Positions 25,948 through 41,801 of a stretch of 64,000 nucleotides of DNA are shown in pieces. Every line of letters begins with the position of its first letter. Position 1 is the stretch's first letter. A program made the translations under genes and the position numbers. The notes beneath the pieces were generated by a model, which was given only the letters and a program-made list of their open reading frames with translations, was not told where the DNA came from and ran no database searches. The stretch is from Bugula neritina (Eukaryota; Animalia; Bryozoa): assembly GCA_964035545.1 (NCBI GenBank), contig OZ037773.1, positions 1,207,751 through 1,271,750 on the forward strand, written 5' to 3'.

Positions 25948-27179
25948 GTATTTGCCAATAGCTTCTGCTGCCCTATGTAATACATTATTTCATTTTAAAT
26001 CCCACTCTCTATTCTCAATACAAACATTGAACTAAAACTAAATATTGCTCAGTCAATTTTGTAATCAGTAATTTGTTAAAGCATCCATTCAGCGAGTTTA
26101 CAGCATAAACTCCACAGCCCATCTGTGCTGAGCGTTTGCTTTGTGGAAGTCTACTCCACGTGGCCAGCCCTTAGGACGTGAAGATAAAGTTAAGTCACTG
26201 GTAATTTCTGTCACAGTCACACTTTAACTTTAAGCTAAGAAACAATGCTTTTCTGTGCCCTAAGGATCGAGGTGTTGCTGGTTGATTATAGGTTGGTTTT
26301 ACACTACTATACAGTGTTGGTCTTACTTATGCTCTCTAGCGGAAGAGGTGATACTAACTATGCAAAATAGTCAGCATTCTTCTGGAATTTAATGTTATAG
26401 TTGAGTCATAGGTGACTTCTGCAGACTACCTGCCCAGGTTGAATTAATTATGTGACTGCAATATGTTTATTATGCATTTATGCAGCTTTTGATTGACAAT
26501 AGGGGCTTATTTATATTTTACTATTACTTTAATGCAGCAGTACAATAGCTATTACTCATAAAATCTATTGTATCTATCATCATTATACAATTATATCCTT
26601 AATCAATTGCTGCCTATAAACTGGGTAAGAGAATAGTGAAACTCTGCCAATATTTACTGTCCTGCTTCAACAAGCCTCCTCTCCTTTAACAGACATTGCT
26701 CATCGTTTGGATATGTCACTTATGAAAGATACTGATATATTTTATTTCAACTCATGGATATTAATCGTATTTGCACATAAACTTCTTGGTGCATTTTCTT
26801 GCAGCTGGTAAACACTCGGACACTTCCCTTCTAGGTCATGAGTTTTGTTGAAGTCAGCTTATATTTTTATAAATGCTCTTGGGTAGAAAGGGCTTTGTGA
26901 TAATACTAAATGTCAAAACTGATCAAGTTCAATATCTTTGGGTTACAATATGATATTGTAGCTGTTATATCAAGTTGATAGAGTGCTAGGTGAGTACTAG
27001 TTTACTCACCTAGTACTCACCTAGCACTCTCCCAGCACTCACCTAGTACTCACCTATAGTGCTATCTGTGGTTCTATTAGCTTGTATGTACTATAAGCTG
27101 TGACATCCCAGAGTATGGGCTGACTGCTGGCTTACAAGTGGTGAACTCACTGCCTGATCATGCAGTTTTTCTCTTTTAG

Positions 27180-30025
<2,846 letters not shown>

Positions 30026-33000
30026 CTCATTCAACCAGTTAGTAAGTCAGTTAGAAAACTTTTTACTGTAAACTTTTTCATGGTTCTCACTTCCTTTTTA
30101 CTCTGTAAGCCCTAATCCATATTAGCTTTTATGTTTTATGTAGTGAATATAACTCAGTCATGCAGCTGGAAATCAAAGTTTTTTGGTAATTCTTAATAGC
30201 ATATATATAGTATATCATTCTTATTATTATACTCGTATATCAGTTTATATCATTGTATATCATTCTTATTAACGTTTCCTTGTAGATTCCACACACTTTT
30301 TATGTCATGTAAAAAGTACAAAAAATGTCAAACTCTGCACATGAAAGAAAGATTCAACTGTTTCCTGTCTGCACATCCTGTTTACTTCCACAGCATTTCT
30401 AGACGTTGCCTTTTTTTCGAGGAGAAGAGGATTTATTCTCTAACAGATGCACTTCCACTTCCATTCTCAATTTTTTTAATCAATCTTTCAGTAATTTATA
30501 AAAAAAAATTTCCCATTTCAGTTCATCTCATTTTTCATCTGCTCAGTTTGAAAAAAATTCATTGCTAAGCACGAAAACTTTTTGCACAAGTTTGAGACAG
30601 AAAACATAAAAACTTGCAAATAATTTACAAAAAAGACGAGATTTTCCTAAAAAAAATAAACTGTTGGTAAATACCCAGTGTTTCATTTTACAGAAATTGT
30701 AGCTTTTCAGCTGCGCCATTTCAAGACAAAACTTGTGGTTTTCGAGATGTATCGTCTCGTAAGCCCCGTATTTCATCAACTTCCTCTAGCTCTGCTTTGT
30801 CATAGCTCCTGCTCCTGCATAATGTGGAGATAGTGTTGAAGCTATAACTAGCAAGTGCTACAGGAAGTTGCACTTATCTCGGTAGATAGACTCTTACACA
30901 TCTTGGCGTGACGGTGTATTATGTCCGGCTGTGTGAGGGTTTCTCCATCAAGATGAGGTCAGTTGGTCTAAAAAGTTTCGGTAAGACGTTTTGTTTCCTT
31001 TACTGAACTTCAAGTTTATGTATGGACAAACCGCTGTTTGACCTTTTGTCATTGTCTACCAATCAGAGCTGTAGTACTGGAACTTTTTGACCAAATATTA
31101 TATATTATGTATTCTTCCCTAATGTTCTATATACGCCGTGTCTATTATAATATATTCTATCATTTTACTTTAATTATTTTGTGTGATTTTGTAGCAGTCT
31201 TTTTCACTCGTTTTAGATGTGGAAATGACTTCCACAATAAACCTTCAGCATGCTGAAATATTGTCTTTCTGGGTTTTTTCAGATAATCTATTATGTAAAT
31301 CAGCAGATACTAGTGTATTGGGGTGCTGCATGGTTTGTGGTATTAGGTGTTGTCTTCTTCCAATATGTCTTTCATTTCATGTGATTTGAATATACTTTCG
31401 AATTTTTATTCAAAATTGAAGTCCTACTTTAATCTACTGTTACCAGTGAAACACAACTCCTAGTGTCAAAAGTCATGCAGCCAATGCCTTTAGTATTCTA
31501 TTTCATCCTAATTGATATCCAATCTATAAGTTAATATACTTTGATTTACTAATAATAACTTTAATTCTGTATTGCAGTTTCATGCTTGCACAATGTTTTA
31601 TTTGTTATAGAGTGTTTAGTACTTGTACTATAGTTTGTTTGTCTGTATTGAACGAGTACAAATTTTCACTATATTTAATAAAAATATTGCTAATGCACAT
31701 ACCAAGGTCTTTTTGGTCCAACAGTCGCTATCACTGTTTATTGTTACTTGGTGGAAAGCTTTGAGGAAACGTTGCTAGTAGACAAATTATTTCTCTCTAA
31801 TCGAAGTCTCAGTAATTATAAGCAGCAGCAAACTATAGAATCTGTGGTACATGTCTTGCGTATAATATATTTTCCCAAAGAGTCATTTCACCAAATGCAT
31901 CTTTTAAGGAAACTCTAGCCATTCTCCCTCTTGCAACTATTAAACTATGCCTTAGTAATCCTGGTCAAAAGATAAACATGTGACAAAAATCATCTATTAC
32001 GCATTATACCTAGTAATAATAAGTTGTAATAATAATAGTCAAAATAATAACAGCAGCCATTTTTTGAAATTTAAGCTACAAATGAATATAATGTTGATAT
32101 GCAGGACCCAGCTTTGAAAATAGCTTTTTTACGATAATTAAGTGTGTTAAATAACCTATGCTGATATTATTTTCGAATTCATCTTGTTCAAAAAATTCTG
32201 TTTGATCACCTTTGTAAGTCTACTCTTGTAAGAATCACAATTTGTTATAATGAGATTATATGTAAATAAACCTATGTCATCCGTTATCAATAATTTGTCA
32301 ATGATTAGCTGAGAGAATAACTCCCAACTCAGGAATCTGGGGTGCTGTGATTGCCAGTCTATGTTAACGTGGTCAGGCTTAAACAGTGCTTATACATGCA
32401 GAGTTACTTAAACATTGTTTGTATAAATTATATTCCACGCAACCCCATCCAATATTAAATAAAAGATTAATCACTTACCCGGTATCTAGTCATGTGACCA
32501 ATTGGCCATGTGACCTTAACACTTTTTCATCTATAGATGTTATAGCATCAACACAGTAGAAGTAATGAAAAAAGAGAGACTTGAAGTTGTAACTGCATGT
32601 TCAATATATGCTACTTCCACTGCAAATTAAGCATAATGTCTTGTTTATTTTATTATAGCATTTAGTTGAAGTAGCTTCATTGCAGCTGTGAGAGTTGCCT
32701 CATCGCCCTAGAATAATTCAAAGCACATGATGCTTACATCTCTGCTTAAACTACGTCCAGGTTTTTGATCTTTTTTGCTGCGCCACATGTACAGCAGTGT
32801 GCAAGCTGCCACCATTGCTGCTGATATGCTGCTAGCAATCCTTTTTGAAAGCATGAATGTATGTAAGTTAATGTGAATAAAAATCAATTTATACAAAAAA
32901 TGTGTGGTGAAAGCAAAAATATTATATTGACTGCAATTGTAGTCTATAGACTATAATTATATATAAGGGTAACACTGCCTGTAGATTTTGTAACATAAAG

Positions 33001-35318
33001 TATGCCGTTTTTTATGAGTGACAGTCAGAAGATTGCTTGCAAATTTGCACTCATGTGATGAAATAGTTTGATTATTTATCACTCAATAGCCTATGCTACT
33101 GGAGACAAGTGAATGGTAACTCCTAGATCCCTGATATTTTACTAAGTTGTCTCCTGGATTTAATTTTGGATATACTAAACACATGCAGCCGTGCGGGTGA
33201 AGTGAACTAGCGAACTAAAACATTTCGGGTGACAACTGGAATGCATGGACAAAATAATTATTCAGGTTCACTCATGCGTATATCATATTGTGTTGTTATA
33301 TATAATATATAGCCTATAGCGTGATCTTATAAATTCCCTACTTGAATCAATAATATTATTATCAAGCGATAAGCTTACGAGGAAAATGGATTTTCCAATT
33401 CGTAATCAAGGAGTGTATACAAACAAATAAAAGGGGTTCAGTTACAGTGACAAATTGGAAGATGAGATAACGAAATTTTCAACAAGAAAACTTTGAAGTG
33501 TTATGTTTTTTTTTGTTTAGACACGTTATATTTACGAGTCTTTGAAATTTATCATTTTAAGGGCTTTAAAAGTCTGATGTAAATTCAATCTATGGCTTTT
33601 TAACTACTAAGTACTAGGTTAACTGACAAGATTTCTACTTTAATTATCATTGATTAAAAATATTATTAGAACATTGTATGCTTTATTAGCAAAGAGAGGT
33701 GAGAAATATTATGCTTCAAAATGGTAATACTGTTGTATTCATACGCATAAAGTATCCGTCACTGACTTCAATGAGCGTTCCTATTTCATGTAAAATCCAT
33801 TACGCAACACTGGAAAAAACCAATTGGTTTTTCCCATGTTCTATGTAGTATTATGTACTGGCAGATGGTTCGTAGCAGTTACTGCTAGCAGATGCAATTC
33901 AAACTGGCAGATTAGACTTGTCTCGGTGGTAATAGCTATGAGAGTTTCTTCTGGAAAAGTGTCTCATCGTCTTAGCAAAGCAGTGTGCAACCCAGGTAAC
34001 TCACAATCCCATCACGGTAGCTGTAAGTAGAGGTCAAGTTAGTATTTCTCATGTGCATTGTGGTAGCTGTAAGTAGAGGTCAAGTTAGTATTTCTCATGT
34101 GCGTTGTGGTTATATCTTGTTCTACTGGCTTTGGAATTATAGCAATACAAGATCTTTGCCAAGTTAACTATTGGATGAATCAGCATTCACCAACTGCAAT
34201 TATTAATCTACTGAATACATCAATAGCAATTACAATATTTGACAAATTCATCTAGAATACTCTGTTTAAACTTGTAAAGCTCTAGAAATAAATTCTAAGT
34301 TTCTGCAGGTAGTTTGCAAATAAAGCAAATAAAATGTGTAGGTTTTTTGTGCTTATGATCATCTTCCAGTGTACCTCTTGTGCATGAACTGATAAGGCTA
34401 TGCTGCCATGAATAAAGTAGTCATAGTGACTGCATAGAGTAAGTTTGCCTTGACCTTCAACCTGACAACTGTAAACCTGTAGTTGTTAGTAGTGACCTGA
34501 AACTATAACATGCTAGTTGATAATATAGGTGAAGGAACATGGCATCATTAATATCATATGCCACACCTTCTCTATAGAGGATAGTCTGGGAAGTAATTAG
34601 TATGTTATCAGTGATCAGTGAAATACTGTAGTTATCAGTGAAATACAGTAGTTGTTAGTGATCAGTTAAATATAACAGTAGCTATCAGTGAAATGCCTAC
34701 AGTCATAGTGATCAGTCAAATACAGTAGTTATCAGTGATCAGTGAACCAAGTGGAAAAGAGCAATGTGAGACGTTGTAGTGTATGATGAGCTACTGGAAA
34801 ATTCTCATTTTGTCTTCTATATTCTATTATTTTATATATACCTATGTAATATAATATAAGTATATGGGATGTATAATATATTTAATATAACACACACACG
34901 CAGCACGCAATGAAATACAGAAACACAATTTAATTTTGTAATATATATTATATACAAGACCGCAAATTGAATATAAATACATGGAACAGATTATAATGTT
35001 TAATAGAACAGTGAGATCCAATAGTTGAGCAAAGATAACACTGTTTGAAGCCTAACTAATAGCAGCAAATAGAAACAATATGCCACACAATAAGTTTCCA
35101 CATCTCCGATAAACTAAAAGCTAAACTGTATAAGGTTATATAACTATCATATCAGATGCAAACATAGCCTTCTATCAGGGTGAATGTAAACACAGTTCAA
35201 TGAGAAGAGAAATATCATCTACTCTTAGTCTTCATATAATTCAAATATTTTATTTCACAGCACTGCACCTGTTTGCACTCTCTCACTTGATTCTCGCCAT
35301 CCTATTTAGTAAGACTTA

Positions 35319-35665
35319 GCCTAGGGCCACACTGTGCGTATTTTCGCATGCGAAAATTGAAATCACAAGTAGCAAAGGTGTCCACTGTGCGCGTTGAGAA
35401 AACCTTCGCACTTGTCGTTCTGCATTCTCAACGCAAGTGCGAATCGTCTCTGTCGTCGTCACCTAATTGGCTGATGGTTATTCAGCGAGCCCAACTTCTT
35501 TATTTTAGTGCTACATTCCAGTAAATTTCGTTTTATTGAAAGCGAGTGCGATTTAAAAATGAAAGCTTTATTTATCACGCATCACTGACGCTACAGTGGA
35601 CACCTTTGCTACTTGTGATTTCAATTTTCGCATGCGAAAATACGCACCAACGTGTGGCCCTAGGC
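35319..35665. mobile_element. MITE with ~70-bp TIRs (PIF/Harbinger-like termini)
   Basis: TA|GCCTAGGGCCACAC..TGCGTATTTTCGCATGCGAAAATTGAAATCACAAGTAGCAAAGGTGTCCACTGT and its near-perfect reverse complement ending GTGTGGCCCTAGGC|TA. Confidence 0.88.
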
Positions 35666-36104
35666 TAAGCTGGTTAAGTAGCGCAGCTATTCATATGGGT
35701 TTCAGGTATGCATGTAAAATGAGCAAGTTTGAATTGCTATATGACTTTAAGTTGGAAATGAGTCTCACACTAAAATTACTCAGTAAACAGTGTGCTGCAG
35801 TTTACAAGTATGTTTTATATCCAACAGAGTTCTGACTTAATTTTGTCCAATTAGTTGTTCATACCTACTTGTTGTAGCCAGTACTTACACTGAATTTCAC
35901 AACCCTGTCCTCATGTCTGCGATATGTAATAAATAAAGAAATCAATCTATATATAGACTTGAGATTATAGCACCACATGATTAGTTTGACCTTCACCTTG
36001 ACCTTTCTATGTGGGTGTGATATAGGGCACTCCTTTCAACTTGTTCAAGCTGTTGACATTGCTCTGAGGCTATGTTGATATAGATGTAGAGCTATATTAT
36101 GATA

Positions 36105-36241
36105 AAGTGTGCTGTATTGTAGATATAGGTCAGTGTATGTTACAAGTGTGCTGTATTGTAGATATAGGTCAGTGTATGTTACAAGTGTGCTGCATTGTAG
36201 ATATAGGTCAGTGTATGTTACAAGTGTGCTGCATTGTAGAT
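36105..36241. repeat. 39-bp tandem repeat (~3.5 copies) overlapping a splice acceptor
   Basis: Unit AAGTGTGCTG(T/C)ATTGTAGATATAGGTCAGTGTATGTTAC; last copy supplies the ttgtag acceptor at 36238-36239. Confidence 0.9.
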
Positions 36242-37808
36242 GTACACATGGGGCCTGTGTTTGAAGACTCTCATTCTTCCGACGCATCTTCCAGCGAGTC
36301 CACTTTGACGCCAGCACAGGAAACTGACAACTCCGTAAAAATTATACCCGAGTTGGAGGAACTGCAATCTGCAGATGAGTTCCACTCAGGGAGTTCTACA
36401 GAGAACATCCTTTTACCCGACTTTGACGCTTTAGAATCGGATGATGACGCGAAGACAGTACAGAGAGGGCAAAAGTTGCAGGTGACAAACTAGTTAATCA
36501 TAGAATTGTGGGAGATAATTCCCCACAATTCATTCAATTACACACAAGCACATTGAATAGTTCCCCTTCATTTTACCTAGTGTGTTCTGTTTAGCATTGA
36601 GTGTGTTTGTGTTGAGGTCACCAACTGTCTGTATTCACTAATAAAGAAGAGAGTAGACATTCTTCCTTTGTTGATAGGAATGTGATGACCCAGAAGTCAG
36701 CGAAAGGCGAACTAAAAACAGAATGGCTGCCACGGCATGTAGGCAGAGACAGAAGGATAAGACTTCTCAGCTGACAAAAGTAAATGAGTGTTGTAGTACT
36801 AGTGTAGTTATACTGTAGTACTGGTGTAGTTATACTGTAGTACTAGTGTAGTTATACTGTGTAGTACTAGTGTAGTTATACTGTAGTACTAGTGTAGTTA
36901 TACTGTAGTACTAGTGTAGTTATACTGTAGTACTAGTGTAGTTATACTGTAGTACTAGTGTAGTTATACTGTAGTACTAGTGTAGTTATACTGTAGTACT
37001 AGTGTAGTTATACTGTAGTGCTAGTGTACTAGTAGTATTGAACTATAGTACTACAGTTGAACAATGCAAGTAATTTCACCAATAATGACTGAAGACTTCC
37101 ACACACATCTTTCACTGTGCATTCACATTTCCATCATTAGTTCATTAATTAGGAACTGGTTGCCATAGAACCAAAAAATAAGCCAATCAAAGTTTTTCAA
37201 TATGATGCAACTCTGTTCTGGAAATTCCAGCACGCAAAACACGCACCAGTGGGAATATACAGGCTTTGTCATTTATCATAGGAGTATGGCATGGCAAAGG
37301 AACCAGCCTAACATAAGCAACTTTCATGAATCAGCACAATACATGGTTATGAGAATGGATCAATATAGCGCACTAAATACTAGCAGTATATTATATTTGG
37401 AACTGTTCCAATATATGACTAGGTGGAAAAACTAAAAAGATCCCGACTGTTTTATAATCGCATAATGAGTAATTGTGTGATATGATTTGTTAGTAGGCTC
37501 AACGTTCAGTTAAATCTTCCTTCCTACCCAATTCCCATTCAATCTATCTAATTATTTTGTAGGAAGTTGAAGCATTAGAAAAAACAGGCAAAGCACAAAA
37601 AGAACAAATAAAAATGCTTCGCGAGGAAATATCAAAATTAAAAGCCACATATGTAAAACATTTACCAAAATGCAAGAAATTACAGCAGATAATCATAAAG
37701 AAGAGGCAGCAACAGCGACAGAAGCAACAACAGCAGCAACGGCGTCAGTCTCAGTGTGAACTTATCACGCACCCGAATAATGACAGTTACTCATTGACGG
37801 TGCTATAG
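36240..37808 (+). CDS. bZIP transcription factor, ATF3/Fos/BATF-like (5' end unresolved)
   Basis: Exons 36240-36481, 36678-36779, 37563-37808: acidic Ser-rich region, basic region RRTKNRMAATACRQR, zipper L-x6 (LTKEVEALEKTGKAQKEQIKMLREEISKL), HLPKC after the zipper as in Fos/ATF3, Gln-rich tail. Confidence 0.8.
36793..37035. repeat. 22-bp minisatellite (TGTAGTACTAGTGTAGTTATAC)n, ~11 copies
   Basis: Direct observation, intronic. Confidence 0.96.
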
Positions 37809-39565
37809 TGTACACTAGGGCTATTTTACTGTAGAATAGAGACCCGGTATAGGATTATCTCCCCCATCCCTCCCTATCTCGTATCTATATATGTCTCTCC
37901 CAAATATGCTGGCTGTGTTGACTGAAGGATTGGCACTAGATCTGAAGCAGCGCAGAGCTCACTCACTTGTCTCTTTGTCCAGAATCTGATTTAGCTTGTA
38001 CAATGTTACTCTGTAAAGCTGCTTGTTGTTCATATGTTGTGCGGCATATCGTATCAGGGATCATAAGCTATGCTTTAAAAATGTTAAGTTTTGGTACCAA
38101 ATTTCCCAGTTATCTGCAAAGAGTTTAGAATTACATACGGAAGGGATTGACAATACGGGTAAACTTTACTGTGACTGTAGGCGGAGGTAAATTCTGTGAG
38201 TTGAAATTGTGCATGTCTGTATATTTTGTAAATATTTTTATTGGCTAGTATTACTAATAATACTAATATGTTTTATATATGACTTTTCTAAAACTTTTTG
38301 TTTATAACACATATAGTTATTGTATATTTTCAAATGTATACTTATACATATCAGTATAAGTCTTATCAATTTCATTTTCTATCTGATAAGAATTGATTAA
38401 AATTTAAGTATAATATACTATAATAATTTTTCGAGATAGTATATTTAAATTTCTTTGACTGACATCAAGCTTATAATATATCAGTCATAAAATGAATATA
38501 ATATTAAATTTTTTTCCTATTGATTGCAATATGAAAACAATTTGTTACTCTAAAAGTGATAAACATGGTATTGTTTATAAAATAAATGCATGGTTGAGTT
38601 ACTATCTTAGTTTGTTTGGTAATTAGCATAAATCATGCAGCAATTATATATTTAGTAATATTGACATATGTGTATATACGCGCAGTTGATCTGCTATAGA
38701 GCTTCAAATAACATGATACCCCTGTTTCCTAGCAACAGCTTCTAGCCAAGAGCCAGTGTTGGCCTCAACTACAAAGTGTTAGTATATGAGAGTTAACTCA
38801 TTTCAGGGACCATAATCTGAAGCATATACACAATGCAAGGTTAAACCTCAAAAGCTGTAACAGATCTTATTTGCACATGTTAATGTTCTACATGAATGTC
38901 CACAATTGGCTTTCAATTAGGCTATAAACTACAAACAGTTAAACACCGCCATTTTTAAAGGCTAATGCAAACTACTCAAACCTGCAGTTGATCAATTATT
39001 ATTAAAGATTTGAATTCATATTAAAATCTTGAAGATTGGAGAAACCTGTATAACAATCAATCACGTGATGTGAAGTTAGCAGTTATACTTAAAGGGAAAG
39101 GGGAACTTTCCTCTTTTTAATCAAGTTGGTTGACACAGCACAAGCACATTTTTGAAAAGTAGATTAAATGATCATATAGATAATTTAGGTTGATATAATT
39201 AATATGCTATATAAATATAGATTACACCTCCCAGGTACCACCTTTCAGGCTATGATATCTGCCTCACGTTTCCTTTATTAGTGTATTAGTTATTATATAG
39301 GCTAAACTAACTGAAATAGTTGGTAAGAAATAATGCGTGTGATTTCAATGAATAAGTGCAAATACCTTTAGGTAGTATTATTAAAACAAACATATTATGG
39401 TAAAACAAAGCATTTCGTAAGTTACTCACTGATGATTAAGGCTGAAATAAGCATAAATAATTGATGTTGTTTCCCTGAATGCATATTGAGGGAAGCCAAT
39501 GAGGTAGGGCAGTATTGTTATGATGTAATAGCTATTCTACTCACCATTCAAGTAAAACATTGCAG

Positions 39566-39635
39566 TAGCAGCCGTGGTCTAGGGGTTAGGGGTTAGGGGC
39601 TAGAGTGTTTGGGGTTAGGGGTTTGGGGTTATAAT
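39566..39635 (+). mobile_element. Truncated SINE head with expanded (TTAGGGG)-like units
   Basis: GCAGCCGTGGTCTAGGGGTTAG...AGAGTGTTTG matches the start of the SINE at 61904; truncated at the adjacent MITE. Confidence 0.55.
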
Positions 39636-40411
39636 CACGGGCTTTCCATGTACCGATCTCAGATCGATCTCGCTGAGATCGATCTGAGAAATGTACTCAG
39701 ATCGATCGTTTTTCCAGGAGAGTGTCAGATCGATCTTGCGAAGTTGCCTCCTCTTAAGTGAAGGATACCTTAAAAGTATAATTTGTTCACCTATTTGAGT
39801 GATTAAAGCTACTACTTTTGAAAACAAGATCGTAGTAAGCTAAAATTTAATCCCAGCTATAAACTATACGCAGCAAAGCTTTCAGTGTATGGTAATTTGG
39901 CCAATTTAAAATAATTAATTTTAAGTTTTTAGCTTGACAGCTTATATAAATTTAATGGCTGTCTTGCAGATTATTAATAAACTTACAGGACTGTTAGGCT
40001 TAAAATTGCAAAAAAATAGCTAATGAAACTAAGTTTTAATAGTCATTTAAATTCAATTTAAATTCTCGCATTTTTTTTACCTTTTACTGCATATAATTGA
40101 GTTTTCTTAATCATTGTACTGAAAGTCAAAGTTTTGGCATCTGAAAAGGTGGCTATCATAATTATTTAATACTTTGCTTAGTAATTATCAATAAGTTATC
40201 ATTTTTATTAGCAGACAACATTGTAGCGCACAGTCTTTTTCTACTTCTCAGATCGATCTGGCGTCTTTCCATGGTCTTATTGACATGAGATCGATCTGAG
40301 TTCGAGCTCCACAGACCGACCAGCTCAGATCGACTGAGATCGATCTTTGGCGTCTTTCCATGGATCGATCTCGCTAAGATCGATCTGAGATCGGTACATG
40401 GAAAGCCGGTG
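39636..40411. mobile_element. MITE with AGATCGATCT palindromic subterminal repeats
   Basis: CACGGGCTTTCCATGTACCGATCTCAGATCGATCT... / ...AGATCGATCTGAGATCGGTACATGGAAAGCCGGTG; multiple AGATCGATCT motifs at both ends; TSD unclear. Confidence 0.85.
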
Positions 40412-40479
40412 TATGAGAAGTTTAGTTGCTGGCTCCTGTATAAGAAAAGACATTCATAAAACGTTGCAATATAGTTTAC

Positions 40480-41801
40480 CTGCAGGTCAGTGACAAGGGG
40501 GAGTAACTCCTGGAAGTAAAGTTTAACGGCTTCTATAAATGGCTGATATGTTGACCTCAGTTTCATTTCACTGTCTGAGAGAAGCCAACTACAATATAAA
40601 TTAATTAAACTATAATAAATTTATTCAGCTAATATAATGAAGATATATTAGATAATTTAATATAATATAATAAAGATATGATAAGTGCATGCAATATTTG
40701 TAAATAGAACAAATTGGGCTTCAAAATAACCGATATAAATAGAAAAATTAGAGTCTATAATAAAACACATCTAAATATGATAATATAATGTATAACATAA
40801 TCAAATGCATTGAATGCATATAAAATAATGCCGTATATAATATTATAATTAATATAAGTAATTGGAAGAATGTATAGCCAAAGATTAGAGTATGATAGGT
40901 TTTACTCAAGTGTAATTTAGAGCATAATAATATATTTTAAAGAAAATAGATGTAAATGAAATAATAATTTAAATATAATTTAAATCGAAATTACTATAAC
41001 ATATAAAGCATACAATTACATATTGCAATTTGTGCTAACTGTAGCATTTGGGCATATAGCTAAATAAATAAATGTAATAGTATGTCTTCTTTCAATAAGA
41101 AGCTAGAAGATTATGCTTCGTTAACAAACAGGTTTGAAATAGATTGCAAAAATAGAATTTGTGAAATTGAAATCTAATCAAACCCACCTAGGGAGGCCCC
41201 CTAAATCCCACTCTAGGGCCCTGGTCTAGGAATTACAAAGAGTCCACATTCCTCTGCCAACTTCACATAGGCTCTACAGTAAAATATGCAATGTAGTAGT
41301 TTGGTTAGTAGATATACTTAGATTACTATAATATTATACTATGATTAATATAATACTATAATAATAATACTTGAGTACAGAGGTACTTTATACATAACTG
41401 TAATATTATTAATATTGGCTAACATTAGGTATATGGTGTGCTTACCTTAAATCCAGCATATCTTTGAAGTTGTATTCTCCACGACGTGGTTCATGCAGAT
41501 TCCATGGCACATATCTGGAGAATATTGATATATAATTATTTACATTAATTAAGGCATACACCGTATATATTTAAACTTATACAAATTAGGAGAATGTGTT
41601 GATTGAAATAACAAAGTAAATACTAATATTATAGTAGTGCGTAAGTTTCCAGAACATTACATGGCCACTTGATCTCAACTTTATTAAATGATCTCTCCAG
41701 TATTCTCTAGGAATTCTAAAGTAATGCATAGCACCACTGAATAGAAGAGTCTTCTTTCCATCTATCCAGAACCAGTGATTTCTAGCTTCCAGTCCGCGAG
41801 T
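40480..41801 (-). pseudogene. Partial GH35 beta-galactosidase pseudogene (copy of exons 1-4)
   Basis: Exon copies 41645-41801, 41446-41514, 41188-41273, 40480-40588; no ATG, 2-bp insertion and GT>TT donor loss in exon 1, 10-bp deletion in exon 3 (removes YICS of [10 protein letters not shown]); no exon 5 onward found. Confidence 0.9.
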
